This document shows, piece after piece, positions 60,537-64,000 of a DNA stretch of 64,000 nt. The translations under genes and the position numbers were made by a program. Each line of letters starts with the position of its first letter. The first letter of the stretch is position 1. Origin of the DNA: Heteronotia binoei (Eukaryota); NCBI RefSeq assembly GCF_032191835.1, contig NC_083233.1, positions 57,226,001 through 57,290,000 of the forward strand, given 5' to 3'. The notes under the pieces were generated by a model, which worked only from the letters and a program-made list of their open reading frames with translations, was not told the origin of the DNA and searched no databases.

Positions 60537-61139
60537 GCCTTGCCAGGTGTCCCTGGAGGCCAGAGGAATGACAGAACCTTCTCTGTAGTGGCACCCCACC
60601 CACAGAAAAATCTCCTTGGAAATATTCATTTGACATCTAGTCTATTTTACTGTTTGTCATTAAGTAGCTTTGATTTGCTAAACAGAGCCTTTATTTATCT
60701 GGAGATAAAGGCCATGAAAACATCAAGACAAGCTGTTCTCATTTTCTTTCACTTGTGTAATGAAAAACAAACTTTCAAGTAGTCTGTGTCCTTGCAGATG
60801 TCCCATCAATTTAGACTGAGCTGGCACCATAAAAGCCCCTGCTGGTGTGTCTGCATGGTTTTGATCTAGGCACTGCCCTGATTCACCTTTGCTGTCTCTC
60901 TTGCAAAGCTACCTCCCCTTCCAATTTCAAAGGCCTTCCCACAGGAGAAATATCATGTGCTACCCCGCCCCCTCCGCCAGCATGTGTAAACCAACCCTTT
61001 TGCCCCACTCCCCTTTTTCATTTTCCATTTTCAATGGAAGAGTGAGATTTTCCCCACTGAGGACAGAACTGGATTGTCTGTACCCAGCCTAGGTGGCAGA
61101 AAGAGCCAGGAGGAAGTTAACTAGGACCCTGGCCGCCAA

Positions 61140-61440
61140 CAGGAAGCCCCTGAGAAGGCTGCTAAGCTGTCAGCCTGCCAGCCCAGCTCTCTCCTCCGTC
61201 TGCTAACAGAGATGCCTATTATTTTGCTGGCACCCTGGCCCTGGTTTGCATATTTCACCGATTCAGGTCACATCGCATACACACGCATGCCGTAGCCAAC
61301 GTCTGTTGATATTCTCGGTCTCTCGCCCAGCTCCAGTTTGAGGTGAAAGCCTTCCTTATTAGCCAATTTGGATGCCCATTTACTGTGAATTACTCAGCCT
61401 GATTATTATTCATGAATGGATAAATCTGAAATCTGAGCTC
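61140..61440. promoter_or_regulatory. Putative enhancer or conserved non-coding element
   Basis: Unique, CpG-retaining; CTGTCA, TTTGCATA, AGGTCA, CCAAT and GATTA motifs. Confidence 0.45.
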
Positions 61441-62662
61441 CCTGCTACGCCATTTCCCTCCCCCCCACCCACAAATGAATATATTTAAAGAAAAACAGGA
61501 GGCCGTATGCAGCACTGCTTATTCCCAGATAGACAAATGGGCTTTTGCCACAAGAAGGGATAGCTTCCCTTTCTTTCCAACCATGATGAATCTGAAACTT
61601 CAATGGGTACAAAATGTCCTCCCACCCCAAGGTAGGAGAAGTGCCATGACAAACAGTCAGGTTACTCTTGACCTACAAGCCTGGAACTGAGGACAGAGCC
61701 CGCACCTGGTACCTTCTAGCAAGACAGAGTGGTCTATAATCAATCTGTGACCCACTGTAAGCCATCTTGGAACGTTGTGCAAAGCTGAGTAGAAGCAACG
61801 ATAGTCCTTGTTTGAACCTGCTCTTTTAAAACAAAAAATGAACACTCTGCTTCACCAGGCTAACAATACCCTAGGCTTGCACTATCTTTTATGGGGGTGG
61901 TGGGGGTGGGAATGTTTGCTTTGAACACTAAATGTTTGTAGACTCGTTTTGTGTAACCTAAAAGCTCATTTCTCTTTAAATAGAATACAGTGACACATTT
62001 TAACTTGGGGACCAGAAGTTCTGGAGCAAACTATTTGAGTAGCAATTCTCCTATGCATTCACATAATTATCCCCATTTTACAGATTGGGAACTGAGGCCA
62101 AATGACTAGCTTTTTCACTAAAATGGGTTGCACCATAGTTGCAAATACCTAGTTTAGGAAGACCCTAGGATTGCCCACTGTGTTTGACTACTACAGATGT
62201 TCTCTGACTCTCAAGTTTAGTGGCATTCTTTCAGATGGCAACCCCCCCCCCCCCCCCAATATTTAGACAGTAGAGGAAATCCAGGGAATTTCAGCCACAC
62301 TCACTTGCTAACTGCTTTAGGACATTCAAAGATTGTTTCAATATGGTATTGAACTGTTTCCACAAGAACGAAAACATTTTGCTAACATAATCAGTAAATC
62401 ATAGACCCACCTATGATCGTAACTGCAAGATAGGCCATATATTTTATTTTTTTTAACATGTGTGTCCCTCTTTCTCTCTTCCCCCTACCCCCAATCTCTC
62501 TGTCTTTCACAGGCCACAACTATCCCATAGACATGCTGATTTAATAGTCATTTCTTCTACCTAAGGAATTCTGGGAATTGCAGTTCTCTGTGTATGTCTG
62601 GCTAGGGATTTCTTGCTGCAAATTCTTAGCATCCTCAGAGTACCATAATCTCCAATTTTTTG

Positions 62663-62687
62663 GTGTGTGTGTGTGTGTGTGTGTGTG
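62663..62687 (+). repeat. (GT)n microsatellite
   Basis: Direct read; similar tracts at ~11100-11126, 14074-14112 and 16143-16160. Confidence 0.95.
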
Positions 62688-63240
62688 GTTATAACAATTA
62701 AACTCTTATAGAACTGGTAAAAATATATAGCAGAGGCATGCCCTCATACTGCCTTTCCTGTCCACTTATCTTTATATAGATTCATCTTCTTTAAAAAAAG
62801 CTGTATGTTGTGATGTCAATGGTACAACCATCTTAGAATGGACCATACTAGCTAAAAACCAATGGGATCATATGAAAGGGAGATAAGTCAAACATTTAAA
62901 TTCTCTTAAAACAGTTGACTTTTTCCAAAGCATAGGGTTGGATCCAATCACCTTTGCCACTGGTGAGAAAGGGGCCCCTCCTAACCACTCAGAAGGCTAT
63001 ACTGGGATAGATCATGGGGTTGTTCTTGCATGGGCAAAAGCTCTGTTGTGAAACTGTTTTGAGAAACCCATTTTAGTAAAATTGATAGTCATTTGCCCTC
63101 AGTTCCCAATCTGTAATATGGGCATAATCATGGGGTTGTAGTAAAGAGGGGAATTAGGTAAGACTGGGTGAAAATGAAAATGCTAGCTGGATCAAACCTG
63201 CTAATATGCCACTCTGGACATGTGAACAAAAATGGGGAAA

Positions 63241-63448
63241 AAACATAGAGCTGGAAGACACACTGAGGGCCATCTAGTCCAACCTCCTCCACAATGCAGG
63301 AGATTCACAGCTATTCCCCTTCCCCAACCTCCTCCCCACAATGACCCCTGCTCTATGCCCAGAGGAAGGCCAAAAACCTCCAGGATCCCTGGGCCAGTTT
63401 GGCATATGGAAAAATTCCTTCCTGACCTCAAAACGGCGATCGGCATAT
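63241..63448 (-). mobile_element. CR1 3' UTR fragment, different subfamily
   Basis: Antisense GGACTAGATGGCCC...TTCCAGCTCTATG tail and GGTCAGGAAGGAATTTTTCC. Confidence 0.65.
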
Positions 63449-63726
63449 AAGAAAGAAAAAGAAGAATTACAGATTTATACCCCGCCCTTCTCTCTGAATC
63501 AGAGACTCAGAGCGGCTTACAATCTCCTACATCTTCTCCCCCCACAACAGACACCCTGTGAGGTGGGTGAGGCTGAGAGGGCTCTCGTAGCAGCTGCCCT
63601 TTCAAGGACAACTCCTGAGATAGCTATGGCTAACCCAAGGCCATTCCAGCAGCTGCAAGTGGAGGAGTGGGGAATCAAATCCGGTTCTCCCAGATAAGAG
63701 TCTGCACACTTAACCACTACACCAAA
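63449..63726 (-). mobile_element. Squam3-like SINE
   Basis: Matches the other copies. Confidence 0.92.
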
Positions 63727-64000
63727 GGGCCACAACAGCTGAGCACTGGCTCATTCCTTCCTGCCTTCCTTCTCATGATCTGCCTAAAAACTCTAAATTA
63801 TGGGTACATGCAAGCTTTTATGGCTTGGACCTTCATACCTTAGAGAACACATCTCTCTATTGGAGGTCCTGTACCCTTTCAGATCTTGAACATTTGAAGT
63901 ATGCAAAGTATGATCATTGTTGTAACTTATCTCCTTCAGGGGATTGGGGGGCGATGCCACTGTGGCTGTTGCTCCAGGATTAGAGGCTGTCCTTCTAATG

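Noticed and set aside
1-64000. CRISPR array, prokaryotic defence system or endogenous virus
   Set aside because: No regularly spaced repeat-spacer array and no viral or bacterial ORFs; all RT-like ORFs are CR1, L2 or Vingi.

Overview
AT-rich, repeat-dense vertebrate DNA, most likely from a squamate. A gecko is suggested by the SINE set (inference). I could not recognise any host protein-coding exon, so the window looks intergenic or deep intronic. Every ORF with a recognisable protein signature belongs to a decayed retrotransposon. These are a near full-length CR1 LINE (~19.6-24.6 kb; SGNH-esterase ORF1, APE+RT ORF2) carrying three nested insertions, two large L2 fragments and a Vingi/Ingi-type LINE 3' end. 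The window also holds many Squam3-like, Squam2/Sauria-like, 5S-derived and CR1-tailed SINEs, and more than 20 non-autonomous hAT elements, many with verifiable 8-bp target-site duplications (TSDs). Between the repeats lie several non-repetitive islands rich in transcription-factor motifs that look like conserved enhancers. The leads most worth checking are: hammerhead-ribozyme motifs in Penelope-like relics, including an unusual 550-bp inverted-repeat insertion at 39.4-40.0 kb with an intact catalytic core; hAT elements that share termini but carry different GC-rich, hairpin-forming interiors; a MITE that spreads octamer motifs; and a candidate 108-nt exon at 49.4 kb. Family names come from recalled motifs, not database searches. 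There is a 140-N assembly gap at 57213-57352. No CRISPR array or prokaryotic system is present.
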